From Podarcis liolepis (taxonomy: Eukaryota): DNA of 64,000 nt. Below the pieces are notes generated by a model, which was not told the origin of the DNA, searched no databases, and saw only the letters and a list, made by a program, of their open reading frames with translations. The stretch is from assembly GCA_965112155.1 (NCBI GenBank), contig OZ218105.1. The stretch is one strand, 5' to 3'. The position numbers and the translations under genes are program-made. How positions within the stretch are numbered: position 1 is the stretch's first letter; each line of letters starts with the position of its first letter. Of this stretch, positions 47,821 through 61,789 are shown piece by piece.

Positions 47821-50052
47821 ACCTAATCATGCCAACTCCTCATCCTTGTCCTGTCCTTAGGTAGATATAATGTAGAGAGATGAGGAAATCTCACATAATC
47901 ATGAAGTGCAGTTATATATGTATATGTGTGTGTGTTTAGGGGTACTCTTATTTTCCTGCTCACATTGAAATACTGCCCCTCAATGAGGCCAAACTTAGAT
48001 TCGTAAAATGTTTAGGGTATGTGTCCTCCCAGAAAAAAGCACTGGTGAAGTGTATTTCAAGGAGAGAGTGAGGGCAGCAAAACAATCTTGCAAACAAACC
48101 AGAATGTGTTTCACACCAACACTGAAAATCAACCCAAGGCAATGCCCCCAAAACCTGGCAGATGTGGTGCTATTGGGAGGGGAATGTAAGGGGCATGAAG
48201 CTTTCCTGGCAGCTGCCTACATATCCCATGGGAGACCGAACTTACAATTTAATGAGCATTGAAATTAAAAGGATATTGAAAAGTAATTGGTTTCTAATGA
48301 GCCTCATATGCAAAACAAAATAAGAATTGGTTTACATTATTAATAACATTTCTGCCAATTTATACAGCCTCAACATTCATAAGCAAAAAGAAGAATGCAG
48401 TCATGTTGCTGATGTGCAAAATTCTGTCGGAATCTTACTTTCTGTGGGAAACCCTCAGAGCCCCAGAACTAATGCTTACTTTAGTGTGTGCCTGGTGGAT
48501 CCCTGATTCCTGAGGACTTCATATTCCTTCTATTCACTGGGGTCCTGTACATGGTCTGAGTTTTATTCCCCACCTCAGTGGCTCAACCCTACATCTTGAG
48601 ACCCAGACCCTTCCCCATTATTGCCTATTGAGAGTGTGTTCCCACCCTGGAGTTATCTTTCTGCAGTTTGCCCTTGTCTCCTCTGTACCTCTGCCCTTCC
48701 ACCCTCCCTTGCACCGTTCTGAGCCCTTCTGCTCACACCCTTCATCCAGCCTCCTTACATGGTAGTATTCTGAGCCATTCTGCTTCCCAGCAACCAAGGG
48801 CTGCCTCTCACGCAGCTGCTGTGTGTTCAGGGAGGTGTCACCAGATGTGTGGGTGCCATGCTCTGTGTTCAGCCAGGCTGACAGAGGGATACCATGGAGG
48901 TCAGCCAAATCTTCCTTCTCCATCTCTCTACAGCCCCATTTTCATAATCATGTGTTCTGTGCCTGGTGTATCCTTTAGGAATACTTTAAAAGAGGGTATA
49001 TTTCAAAGAAGCACAAGCATTCATTGCAAGATTCTTTGCTTTTAAAATAAATGTTAGAGGTCATTGCTAAGATTGAGTTCATTAGAGTGGGAGGAGATGC
49101 CTAGTTGCTCTGTCTTTACATTCTCCCTGCTTAACACACAAGACTCTGTGTGGCTGAGTAATGTAATGTTTTATGTGGAGGCTAATTGTGGGAAATTAAT
49201 AGGATTTGCTGTGGCGATTTGTAGGACCACACTTTGATGACAAAAACAATAACATCACTTCATCAGCCACAATTGTGTGTGTGTGTGCCCTATTGTATCC
49301 TATCCTCTATTGTGAAAAGACACAAAAGAGAGTGTGTGGCTCTAAATCAAGCAGAAGAAAGTAGTTATTTTCTGGGGAGGCTAAAAGCGATACACTGCAG
49401 GAGAGCTACAGCTCTGCACTTTGAGGCCTTCCAAGGTCACCTGCCTTTGCCCAAGTTTGCATTAATGCAGACAGCTCTGCCTTGGCATATGACGTCTACA
49501 TGGCTGAAAATGTGGGTAGAGGCACAGAGGTTTTCTTCCATGTGAGCATGAGAAGAGCAAAACTATGTGCAGCTACCGGACATGAAGATTAGGAGGTTAA
49601 GTGAGCAGACAGGAAGATAAATGAAAAGGAACACAGGACATTCTCAGGCAATTGCTTCTTTGCAGGAGGATAACACTTGCACCTCTTAGCCTGGGCCTCA
49701 CTAGCAGCACTCTGTTCCTGCCCTTATGTAACAGAAGATACCCTTAGTCCTCAAGGACAGCCTTGCCACGTACTGGGATGAGTACGAGAGAAGACATGGA
49801 CTCCAGCAATGGGGAGTAACAGTGCACAGCCTCCAAAGTTTACATTGTGTGCTTGTGTCTGAAGACAATCCCAAGGAAATCAAGAGAGAGAGAAAAACCA
49901 TAAAAAGTGAAAAGTTTACAGGACTATCCTAGCCTGTGCTGCAATTCAGCAGCGACAATCCTCTGGCCTGTGGGCTTAATTTTATTTTGTGCTGTTACCC
50001 TGTATTTTTATCTTATAAACTGCCCTGAGATATTCAGACGAAGAGTGGAATA

Positions 50053-50054
<2 letters not shown>

Positions 50055-50104
<50 letters not shown>
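50055..50104. repeat. (AAT)n microsatellite, probable LINE tail
   Basis: Direct read; preceded by L2-like aaactgccctgag. Confidence 0.95.
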
Positions 50105-52144
50105 TCAGCCCACAGGGCACCCCAATTTTACCTGTGAGACTGTTTCAGTTAAGCCACACCTACCTGATCTTCAGGTGCTTCCAAAGCCCTTTGCAAGGAA
50201 GGAAACAAGAGCCTATGATCAGCTGAACATTGTTACTAACAAAGCCCTACACTTTGCAAGTGCCACTGATCAGCTTATTGTGGGTGCTTGCAAAGCCCGA
50301 TTCCTTCGTCCTCTCAGTTTGACCTCTACCTTTGTTGTACGTTTTGTATTGCATTTAAACTTGTCTTTAGTTGTTGCTGTTTTGGTACTGTTTTCAAAAT
50401 TAGTTTTAGCAGTTTTATGGTATGCTTGTAAATTGCCTTGAGACTTGTGGAAAAGGCGATTCACCAAAAACAATAATGATAAATAATCAGTATGGACTGG
50501 ATTCAACTAACATGGTACTAGTGGAAGCTAGTGCAAGGATTCCTTCTAGCACAACAGGACTTACCCCTTGGTGTGCCTCTGTGCCTTCCCCAAATATGCT
50601 CTGGAGGGTTGGAAGATCCCTCAGTATCCTGTACAGAGTAAGTAGAGGGGAGATCATTCTGTTCGGGAGAATGAAAGGATCATAACAGCACAATGCTTAA
50701 TTACACCCTGTGTTTCCCAACATGCAACAAACGCACATGCTTGCTTCAAGAGGCTTGAATCCATGACCCGGAAATGAAAAGTCTCATTCTCTACTGACCA
50801 AGGGGGCCAACTTCAATAAAATATGGGGCAGGTGGCAGGTAAGCTCTGCCTCAATCGATCACATGACATGACATGCACACCCCCCCACACCTTTTGAATA
50901 GCAATGCCCACCAACTTTGGGTGGCAGCTCCCTCAAATATTTTATGGGGGGGTTGGCTGCTTTGCTACTGACAATGGACAGTAATAGCTTCTGCAGTGAC
51001 TGAACTGAATTGAACTTCTGACACAATCCAGCTGTGTCTGCTCATGTGTACTTTGGGGATATGTTCTCTTGAATTCCCAGTTTGCTGTTAAAGCACTAAA
51101 CTTAGAAACAGGCGAAGTGCCAGAAGTATACCCTGAGAGGTTAATGAGCTTACAGTAGACCACATTAGGTGTAGCTACAATATCAGTTAGAAAAATTAAG
51201 TGGATTTTATTAATCAAAGATAGAAAGACTACAGGAGAGCTTTCTATATTGACCCAGGAAAGTTTGCTACCCAAACATTTCCAGCCGTGATCTTTGTTTG
51301 GCCTTTTTCAAGCTATGTTCTGCAGCAGTGAGTCATACTCATTTTCTGCTAGAGGACAAGAAGAAAGCAAGATGGTAATTAGGAAAATCACCCTTTGTTT
51401 GAGTGCAGCAGTAGAGTTAGAAGCCAATTAAAAAGGCGTCATGGTGCTTTATGTAGGCAGATAGTGAGATTTGGTATTACTTTGTAGAGTGGATGGCAAA
51501 TCTTTTCTCTCTTACCAGGTCAGTCATTTTGGAAGACCAAATGTTTTTCTTCTAAAAAGAGTATCTATATATATTTTCTAGAAGAGTCTGCTTCTTGCAG
51601 CAAAGAACTCAGTTTTAATGACACCTTAAATACTGTTATGGGATTTGGACTAGTCTCAATGATCTCCTGGAGATCACTTCCAAGTCCACCTTGGTCATTC
51701 TTGGTTCTAAGGCCCAGGATTAATGGCTGAGACCTGCCAGACCCAGGCACATCATTTGGCCAGGTGCATCCATCGATAGGCATATTAGTAGGCTGATGGA
51801 CATTAGTGGCCAGCAGATATCTGAATGGCAGGAAGGTATTAATGTAAAAGCAAGCCACTTTTAATTTGAGGAGAGAATGGAGCAAAGAGCAAAGACAGAG
51901 AGCTGGAAGATTTGGGAGGTGTTGAAGCTGTGAACTACCATCTCAACCATTTGTAAAGGAATGCAGGTAATCCAAAATGCCAATAAGTCTCCAGTGACCT
52001 CATTTGAAAAGAAACACAAACTGGGTAAACAGTGGAACCCCTGATACTTCTCACTGCCAAACTAGGGTGAGTGTAGCAATGCTAGCAAATTAATTGTGGC
52101 CTAAACGTCCATCAAATGCCTGACATGGTCACCTAAGTGGGTAG

Positions 52145-53507
52145 CAGGGCTGGGCGATATCAGCTTTTCAACATGGCGGTGTATCACCAGCCAAACTTTG
52201 CAGTTTGGCGATATACCATGATGTTGAAAAAAACAAGCTGCATTTGCCTCTGTCCATGAGACACCTGGTGAAACTGCCCCAGCTCTTACCTCAGGAGCTG
52301 AGGCGGTTTTACCCAGGCGCTCATGGCTTGGGACAATGCAGGTTGTTTGTGAAGCTCAGGTGGAGAAGGGTCCCCTTCCCAGTGGTGGAGCTTCATGCTC
52401 CAGCACCGGGGGGGGGGGGCAGAGAGCAGGTGGGGGCGGCGTTGGTGCATGTCCCGGGGCTGTGCCGTGCCACCCACAGGGGCATGGCGTGCATCCTGGG
52501 GGCATGGCACCCAGCGCTGGTGGGGGGACAGCCACAATGGCACCCCATCGGGATTGAGCTGCCGGGGGCAGTGTGCTCCCCCCACACTCCTCTTCCTCCA
52601 CCAGTGCCCCTTCCTCAACTGAGTAAGTAGTAACCAAACAAACCCTGTGTTGCAAAGAGAATGTCAGCAACACAATGACCATGTACATACGCAATAGATA
52701 ATCTTTATAGAATTCCTTCAAACCATAACAAGTACAAAATGAAATCTTTAGTCTCAATGTCTCTGAAAATCTTTAAATGAAGTGAGGTACCAGACTGTGT
52801 ATGATGAAAGACAAGCTGTGAAGCTTTGTGTATTCAGCAAATATGATGTCCAACACTGAATATTGACTACTGTTTCGTAGAACTCTTCATCAGCGTGGTG
52901 GGAGGATATACAATTGCTTCATAAACATGGTCATCGTGTTGCCTAGACATTGCTGACCTTCCTCAACTGAGACAGCCCTGGTGCTGTTCCCACTCACCAG
53001 TAAGTGGGTGGAGCATCAGGGCTCCTTTAACTTCTTGCTGTGAGGAACGGCAACTGTACTCCCCTCAGATGAGCAGTTTCTCAGAGCCCCTACCCCACCA
53101 CCGGCTTGTGGGAGCCAGTGCCAGGCTGGGGGCTCCTCTAACTGCTCGGCTGAGGTAAGGGCAGCTGCACACTCCTCAGTTGAGCAATTTAAAGATGCAT
53201 AGGGAGGAACAAGCTGTATCACCGTCTCACAGATATAGCTTGTTTCTCCCTTTGCATTGTATGATGGCAGAGTGGGATGGTGGTTTCACTCAGCAATATA
53301 TTGCTGGTGAAACTGCCACCACTCCTGAGTCCGTCTGCTAGGAGCGCTCACTGGGGGAAGGAACTTTTGACTCTCTCCAGCAGATGCTGCTAGCAGAGGG
53401 ATTCAGTCAGGAGAAGTGGCGGTTTCAGCAGCAATATACCACTGAGTGAAGCCGACATCACACTCTGCTCCTCATATCGGTCCTGGGCAATATATTGCCC
53501 AGGCCGA
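52145..53507. mobile_element. Non-autonomous hAT element, 1.36 kb
   Basis: TIRs cagggctgggcgatat / atattgcccaggccga; exact 8-bp TSD gtgggtag (52137-52144, 53508-53515); GC-rich nested MITE-like segment at about 52290-52606. Confidence 0.8.
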
Positions 53508-53529
53508 GTGGGTAGGAGCACATAGTGAC

Positions 53530-53910
53530 AAGCCAGAAGTGACAAAACAATAAAGATATATTAAAAATAATTCCAATATACATGCAGGCAGAGAAAGATG
53601 TCTACTTCAACAGCTGGCTGGAAAAGGAAGGTTTTCTGTAGGTGCTGAAATGATGAGGTGGTGCCTGTCTAGTATTTAAGGGAAAGGCATTGCAAAGGGT
53701 AGGCACCACCACACTAAAGGTCACATTCCGATATTGTGCAGAGAGGACCTCCTTATAAGATGATGTCTCCAGGAGGCACTCACCTGCAGAGCACAATAAT
53801 TACCTTGGAATATAAGGGCTGAGATGATATTTCAGGTATTCTGGTCCCGAACTGCTTAGGACAGTTGAGCAAGTAAGGGTATGGTTTTATATCTGATCAA
53901 CCTGGGTTCA
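53530..53910 (-). mobile_element. Old L2 3' end
   Basis: Minus-strand FSVVVPTLCNAFPLNTRQAP resembles L2 FSV.AP.LWN.LP..IR.AP. Confidence 0.65.
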
Positions 53911-54328
53911 TGCCCCATTTCTATCATATACTTAGTGTATGAACTTAGACTAAGGGTCCCAATATAGCACCCATGGATGCTCATGTGCCCAAAGAAGCCT
54001 CCCTTGGTCCTAGCCCAACCCATCCCACCACTGAAACTAGGATTGATAGAAATATTGTATTGCAACCAATGGTATGTGCTTGGTTGCGGTTGATGTTTGT
54101 GATGCCCTCAACAGTTTCTCCAGTTTGTAAATGTGCCCATAAAGGTTGGCAGCTCCTGACTTGGACAATCCACCCAGCCTCACCTCCCACGCCGTGAAAT
54201 CAGAATTATATTGGCTTATGGTTATTCTGAAGGCAAACCCAATAGATTTCACAAAGCAAATTGCAAATTAAAAATATTGCACAAATTTGGAGCAGCAGAG
54301 AAATATGTGGAAAGGCCTTACAGGTAGA

Positions 54329-54507
54329 GCATAGGAAGCTGCCTTAAACCAGGTCAGATGATTTGTCTGTGTAGCCTGGTATTGTCCACTCATACTCACA
54401 GCAGCTCTTCATGATCTCAAGAGATTTCCCCCATCACCTGATTCTTTTAACTGGAGATTATACTGAGGACCTTCATGGGCTCTACTACTGAGCTCTGGTC
54501 TCTTCCA
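54329..54507 (-). mobile_element. Old tRNA-derived SINE with CR1-like tail
   Basis: Minus-strand ggaagagaccagagctcagtagtagagc head; tail ...aaggcagcttcctatg; related to 20857-20980. Confidence 0.55.
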
Positions 54508-56894
54508 ATGCCTGCTTAAATACCTGTTGCTGGTTTTTTGTTACTGGAGTCCCATGCAATTACAAAGGTGTTAGGAAGATGAAGCTGGAAATATCATTAG
54601 GTATGAGCTATCAATTATATTACCTGTACTTCATTTTCTAAAGTCATTTCCAGCTGCTGTCTGTGCTGCACTTTGAAGATTCTGCAGTCACTTTGGGTTT
54701 TCACTGCTACATTTATCTGTTCATGCTTGGGAGTCTGAAGAATCACATTGCAATGGTTCAATTTCTGTATTGTATTTCCTTTGATCCTGTAGTTTGATTT
54801 TAATTCCAGCAGTAGTTAAAAAGCAGAAACTATCATACTCCAAATATAAAGCTAAGGGGGGAATTTGAACAGTACAGTAACTTCCATTTTAAAAAACAGG
54901 GCTTTGCTGTTATTTGAGTTTTGCCCTGATTCATCTTATTGTCAATGATCATAGGCTGCTATTCTTTAAGATGATAATGGATTTAGTCAATAAGTAAAAT
55001 ACAACATGCTAGAAAACAGATAATAAGACACTGAGAAAAAGCATTCTTTCAAGCTATTACAAGAAGCAGCAATGTTGTCAAAGCATTTAAGAGCCCTGCA
55101 GTAGAGGTAAATTATTTTGAAATATCGCTTGTATCTCTGTGCCAAGTCCATTTGCGAAGTGTGGCTGATGGAAGGATGAAGATCATTTAGATATCTGCTC
55201 CATGGCCCATGGAAATTCTTCAGTGTTTCTTGAATATAAAGCCTTTCCTATACACACACATTCCACACATTAATGTCCTAGTAGCATATTTACTCAAGAT
55301 TTGTAATGCTAGCAGAGGTATAGGAAACCATTAATCAAAGGTGTCTTTCACGCTTAAAGGAAGGCAGATCTGTCTGCCTTTAATCTGTTCAAGTTTCACC
55401 TACACTTCACATTTTTCCCTCCAAACTTTCTGAAGGAGAAAAAAGTTTACTCTTTCTTTAAGGACCAGTATAAGAGACTAAGCCAGCTAACAAAAAGGAA
55501 TTTTTAAACTTTTATAGCAAAATGTTTCAGCTTCCACCACCATCAGTTGCTCTGATTAAAAAATTGCTGCTTCCAAGGTGGCCATTACGGAGCTTTAAGG
55601 ATGCTCAGAAGGCCTTCATTTGCTGAAGCTAAGCAATTCTGGTACTATTATCTAGCTTGAGGCCATGCAGTGTTTGCTATGGGCAAAAGATTCTTGCATT
55701 CCAGGGGGTTGGACTAGATGACACTCGTGGTCTCTTCCAGCTCTACAATTTTATGATTCTATCTATGCCAATAGATCCAACAACTTTTGCAAAAAGGGAG
55801 AATTCTGGATGCACATGCTGGACACATTAACACCATATGGCCTCATCCTTGAGGATAGTACCAGCACTCAACAGTGCTTGATAAGTTCCTGCATCTTCCT
55901 TTGTTTCCTGATTTTCCTACCCAAAGACAAATAAATTTAAACCTACATTTGGGCAGAGGAATGAAAAGTTGGAGGAGGTGGCAGCTGCAGGTTCTCCTAG
56001 TCCCCCACCCACTGAGTTTCTTTTACCCACTGAGGACTGCAAGCCCAAGTTTGGCAGGAAAGTGATACTGCATGCACCATTTCTCTTAGAGGCAATAGGA
56101 TCTGCACCATCACTTTCCTACCATATATGTTGTTACTTGTCTCATTCCAAAAGGATGTTCAGAAGGAGGGCTGGGAGTTTCTGTAGCTTCTTCCTTCTCT
56201 GCCTTTTCCTTCAATTGCTTTTCTTTGCATCTCTCCCAAGCTTTCTCACCCTACAGGAACTCTTGAAGTGCATGTCTGAGAAGTCCCTCTTTATTTATCA
56301 AAATATTTCCAATGCTCATTTTCTCCTCGATACAAAATCCTCTTCACTTTACAGGAGCTCCTCTTTCCACCTGAATTGTCTGCCCAGGCTTCCATCTTGT
56401 GTGCTCCCGAGGGGCATGTGAACATGCCGCGATTTTCTGGGTCAGCACTCTGTCTTCTGTCACTAAAGCCTAAATCCACTCCAGAAGCGACTCACTCATC
56501 CGTTAGCTGGCTTTTATTGTTCAACATTTTGTTTGTATTATCCAAAAAGCCCCTCAAAGAACACTACACACTTTCGCCCCTGTAATCTGCTCAACAAATG
56601 CCTTGCCTGTGTGGTAGCAGAAGAAGCTGTTTTCAGGTCATGTACGAAATGTTGCATTGGAGGAGCGATCTGCTTTGTTCATGGTTTATCAGCTTCGAGG
56701 AGGCTGTGTGGGCCATTGAGATGCATCTTTCTTGCTGTGGTAGCAGACACAGGGTCAGGGAATCTGTTTTGCGAATGTGGGGGAGATGTGGGAAAGTTAA
56801 ACTATGGAATTCTCTCTCCTAAGAGGTGTAGTGATGGTCAATAACTTGGCTTTAAAAGAGGTCTGGGCAAATTCATGGAGAATAAGACTATCAA

Positions 56895-57346
56895 CAGTGG
56901 CAGATCTTTGGGGTCTCAGATTTCAGTGGCACCTTGTGCAACACCAGAATATAGCAGTCTATTGTAAATCATAGACGTGGAGTTCCTAGAAGAAGAAGAA
57001 GAAGAAGAAGAAGAAGAGGAGGAGGAGGAGGAGTTTGGATTTGATATCCCGCCTTTCACTCCCCTTCAGGAGTCTCAAAGTGGCTAACATTCTCCTTTCC
57101 CTTCCTCCCCCACAACAAACCCTCTGTGAGGTGAGTGGGGCTGAGAGACTTCAAAGAAGTGTAACTGGCCCAAGGTCACCCAGCAGCTGCATGTGGAGGA
57201 GCAGAGACGCGAACCCGGTTCACCAGATTACGTGACTACCGCTCTTAACCACTACACCACACTGGCTCTCGAGGCTCTCAGCAGTGCTCCCGAGGCTCTG
57301 CACCCAATGCGACTGAACCAATCATGCTTCCCTAAATCCACCTCTG
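56895..57346. mobile_element. hAT-like MITE containing a SINE
   Basis: Ends cagtggcagatctt / taaatccacctctg; duplicated ctatcaa (56888-56894, 57347-57353). Confidence 0.7.
56988..57270 (-). mobile_element. Young MIR/CORE-like squamate SINE (Squam3-like) with (CCT)/(CTT)n tail
   Basis: Minus strand gagagccagtgtggtgtagtggttaagagcggtag...ccgggttcgcgtctc (A/B boxes, CpGs intact), tgggtgaccttgggccagt CORE motif, (GAA)n(GAG)n at 56988-57033 on +. Confidence 0.88.
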
Positions 57347-57877
57347 CTATCAATGGCTGCTAGTCATGATGACTATGTCCCACTTCCACTGTCAGGGACA
57401 CTAAGCCTCTGAATACCATGTGCTGGAAATTGCAAGTGGGGTTAGCACTGTTGCACTCTGGTCCTGCTTCGTGAGCTTCCTATTGGCATCTGGCTGGCCA
57501 CTGTGGGTTAGTTGGGGCCTTTGACCTGATCCAACGGGCCCCTGTCAAAGGGGCCATTGACCAAAACTTGCATGCAAGGAAGCCAGGACCCTGTTGTGAC
57601 TTGGCTGGAGTTTTCTCTGCAGATTCCGGGAAGCAAGCCACTTTAAAGCTGAAGAGCATCTTTGTTTGTTCATCTAATATATTTATACACTGCCCTTCAG
57701 TTTAAAAAGTTCTAGAGCATCTCACGTCAGAGATAAAAAAGCAATGAAAATACATTAAGATAGTATCGGTAGAAACAATAAAAAACAGATCAAGCAGTGG
57801 AAGCAGTAAAATCCATAAAACTGTCAGTTTAAAGCAGCCACACAATATGGTAGAGTGCTTCGGCAGTCAGATGATAT

Positions 57878-57903
57878 TAATAATAATGATGATGATGATG
57901 ATG

Positions 57904-57943
<40 letters not shown>
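57878..57943. repeat. Compound (GAT)n(AAT)n microsatellite
   Basis: Direct read. Confidence 0.95.
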
Positions 57944-57945
<2 letters not shown>

Positions 57946-60708
57946 GTAATAATTTGTATATCATCATTCATCTGCATATCACTGGGCAGTTCACAACAAG
58001 AAAAGCTATTTATTGGGCCCCCAAAAAATGACATTCCAAAATGACATTCCAAAACAACAGACAAACCCAAATATGGCAATATAGAATATTAAAAATGCGT
58101 GTGTTGAGGGAAATTCACATAGCCTATTGACTTTATTCAGCAACCTATCAAAAGTTGCACATTCCAATATTGTCAGGGTAAGTGTCACGGGTGCAGTCTA
58201 AAAGACAAGCTGAGACTGCAACCTTAACCCTACTTTCCCAGGAGTGAGATGTTATTTCAGGTATTCTGGCTTTGCTTCGTGGCATAAAACTAACCATGGG
58301 AGACCCTTCCATCTGGATATGTTTTAGTAGTCTAGGAATAGTCCCATAATCCAGCATGCCAGCTTAGTTTATTAGTTGCTTTCAAATTTCAATTATATTT
58401 CATAGCAATATCTATTACAATTCCACACACCTGCATTGATCAAGTCCATGCTTATGTTTTCACTTGGTTGCATCTTTGCTTGTTATGTTTTAAGACTGTT
58501 TAATCTCTTCCAAGTGTCCTTGTTCATGGTGACAGATATGCCATCACTCTGGCCAACACATGTAATCCTCCGTTAAACTGAATTCTATTTATTTCAGTAG
58601 CTAAAATGGTCAAATCTAGAGGTGATATGCAACATATACCCCAAAGAGTGAAGAAATCGAGGAAAGGTTCTGTCTGAGGCTTATTATAAAATAATCAAAC
58701 TTACAGTGGAATCCTATGCGTGTTTACTTGTATGTAAGTTCCACTGAGTTCAATAAGATTTACTGCCAAGTAGCAACTACAGGACTGCAGCTGAAATAAA
58801 ACATGTAAGATGTGTGTAATTTTCATGCGTGCAGATCTAGAGGTGGGACTTCTTATTCAGAGGGTGTGGCTTCAAGATGATCTTGAACTGGTACCAGCCA
58901 TCAAAAAAACAAAAAAACTGCTTAGCCAATTATTTACTTAGACTTCTTTTTAGGGCAAAGGATCATGAAAGCCAAAGTCTTCATTAGATTCAAACAAACA
59001 CACAAGAAAAATACACAAATATAAGATTTGGCACAAATGTTCTTGCTCGCTTTTGCAAGTCATCGAAACCTCTATTTAGAATAACATGGAAGGGGTATAA
59101 AACCAGGTGTACTTGAGGACTAAGGTGCAGATCATAAGCTGCAATCCTAAATCCACTTATCTAAATAAGCCCCACTTATTCCGTGGGACTTGCTTCTGAG
59201 AAACATGGTTAGGATCATTAACTACTGGCTATTAGACTTTTAAAAAAGTGAAAATACATTTAGAAACATGTCTTTTTAAACGAATATACGTTTCAAAATG
59301 TGTATTTTTTCTCATAGGTACTTGTTTAAATAGGTTGCAGATTAATGAAATGGACTTGTGCAGAATTAGTATAGACCAGAAATAGATGGATTTGTCCAGC
59401 CATACAAAAAATGTAGTAAAGCTACAAATGAAAAATGAACAGTATTTTAGCAAATGAGACAAAATGCCAGTGTTAGTTCCTGTGTGAACTGTGGGATGTT
59501 GTTTAAAAAAACCCCCATGAACATGTCTTTATAGAGGAATTGCAGAGAAGGCCTTGGCGAGTGACTAGGATTGTGTATTCATTTGCACACTGCCATCTCA
59601 CAACTGCAGTCCCCAATTCCTAATTCCATTAATCTGCAAACCATAAATGTTAGAACTGTTATCAATGTCCTAAGCACAACTATCTTTCATCTCTTTCTCA
59701 AATTTATTTCCCCTAAAGAATGAGGTAAATACAAAGCATCTTGCATTTTTGCGTGCTCAAAAGCAAAAGCATGTGTGATGTTTTGCAGCTGCCCTTGATT
59801 CCCTGGCAAGTGGTGATCACAGGATGATTTGAAAATTTCCCTGAAGACCTTAGATTCTTTGAATTCATTCCAAATGGACAACACATACCACCCCACTGAG
59901 TGAATTGGCGCTCTCCCTTAGATCTTGCTGTGATGTGAATGAGGTCAATATGGAAAATGCAGGCGAGGTAGAAAACAAACAAACAGATCAAAATGAGCGA
60001 ATGTTTCTATCAAAGAGGTGAAATCTCTTATTGGATGTCAGTTACATGTTTTAAGAATGAAATGGTAAACCAAGGCAAAAAAAGGCCAATATGAAATAAG
60101 ATTAATTAAATCAGTGTGTATTTTTCACAATTACATTGTTGTTGTTGTTTTGTTATACAATATATTTAGTTATACCCTGCCTTTCCCCCTATAAACTCTG
60201 ACTTGCTGTGGTTGTGTGGTCATGCAGGCTCCTGGAGAGGAGCTCACAACCACTTTTCTTTGATGAGAGTTGTTGTCCAAAACATCTGGAAGACTCTGGG
60301 ATTGGGGAAGGCTAGTTATATACACTTACCTAGAAATAAGTATCGTTGAATTCAGTGGAACATAGTCCAATGCATTTTAGTTGCTATGCTAACCTCCATC
60401 CCTCACATCCATTGCATTGCATTTTCAGTCCATTTTGTATAGAAGTTCCCAGTGGATTATAGTGGATATGGCAAATCTAATATAAAGTTACTAGAGTTAA
60501 TTCATGCTAGATTTAATAAAAAGGCTTTTGTCTTGAATAGTAAAAGGTCAAAAGAAAATCATCTGCAAACTTCCAGAACTTCAGTTGTGGGGTAGGTAGT
60601 CCATATAAGCTTGTACAATAAAGGCTTTCAAAGCTGTCTGTTACTCACTAGTGGCAACATATTGGTAGGTTCTGCAGTCTGTACTGAAAACCTTTGCTTT
60701 GCTTCTGG

Positions 60709-60721
60709 CTCTATATCTATC

Positions 60722-60768
<47 letters not shown>
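60709..60768. repeat. (TCTA)n tetranucleotide microsatellite
   Basis: Direct read. Confidence 0.95.
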
Positions 60769-61789
60769 CATGAGAGATAATCAGCTCTCCCCCACACTTC
60801 CCCCCCCCCTTTGAGCTGAAATGCCCCATATACACATCTGAATTTATTCTTCTCTGGGAACTGATCTTCAGATTCTGCCACACAATTGCCAAAACTCTTT
60901 TGCTCACAGTTGGTTTCTGCTTGCTAATTAATTAGGGAAAGTCACAAGAAATACCAGCTAAGTATTTTTTGGGGAAACTTAATGAATGAGTCTATTAATT
61001 TAAGAAGATTTAGCAATTATGCATTCTCTAATATTGATTTCCACTAAATTCTATCTCGAAATTAAATAGATTGATAATAAAACCCATTCCACACCCCCCC
61101 ATCCTGCCCCAGTTCCACTACAATAGATCTAATGAATAAATTGGCTGACTGCATTTCTCTGGCACTACAGTCACTTAGGAATAAATGGTGCAATATAAAA
61201 CAGCAAGTTATAATTGAAATTAAAGAAGGAAAAAGGAAACAGATGTGGGCTGACCTCAGTAATATGCTAATGATTGCAATACGTTGGGTCTGGGGTGATG
61301 GGTTGTGAGGTTGAAGACATTTCATATCTTTCTTTTTATTTGGAAAACAGGTTCTTTTTTACAGTTTTCCACAAGGCTGTTGTCGCTGAGCTAATGTATG
61401 TAAAGCAGCTACAACAGCCTAAAGTGCTATATGGTTAACAGACAGTGTAATCCACTTAGAGCTGTAGAGCGTTGGCCTAGAAAGCTTTTTTTAAATATAT
61501 ATATATATATTAAAATGCAAATAAATGTCTTGCCAACCTTACTCTGCCCTCAGCCAGCTTCCACTTGCCCATTGGCTTATTTGCAACCAGTCCGGGGGTG
61601 GAGGGAGGTACTGCCTGTGACATCTTGCTTCTCCTTAGTTTATCTGTTGTCCTTATAGAACTCAGTAGGGAGGTGAATGGGGACAAATCTAGAATGAGTT
61701 TTGTTTGCCTGTCATTGGCTCTGCCTCTCCCAACTGTTGAGTTCCCAGTCTTCTGGCCTACCAGTCCTGAGGTGCGTGAACCTCGGCTA

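Larger units (their letters stand above)
56820..57540 (+). mobile_element. CR1 3' end interrupted by a MITE and a SINE
   Basis: ggctttaaaagaggtctgggcaaattcatggagaataagactatcaa | tggctgctagtcatgatg...ctgatccaac. Confidence 0.75.

Noticed and set aside
52290-52606. CpG island or promoter (also 14327-15024)
   Set aside because: The GC-rich segments lie inside TSD-flanked DNA transposons.
58020-58055. Short 13-bp tandem duplications (also 30581-30613)
   Set aside because: Ordinary slippage repeats with no further structure.
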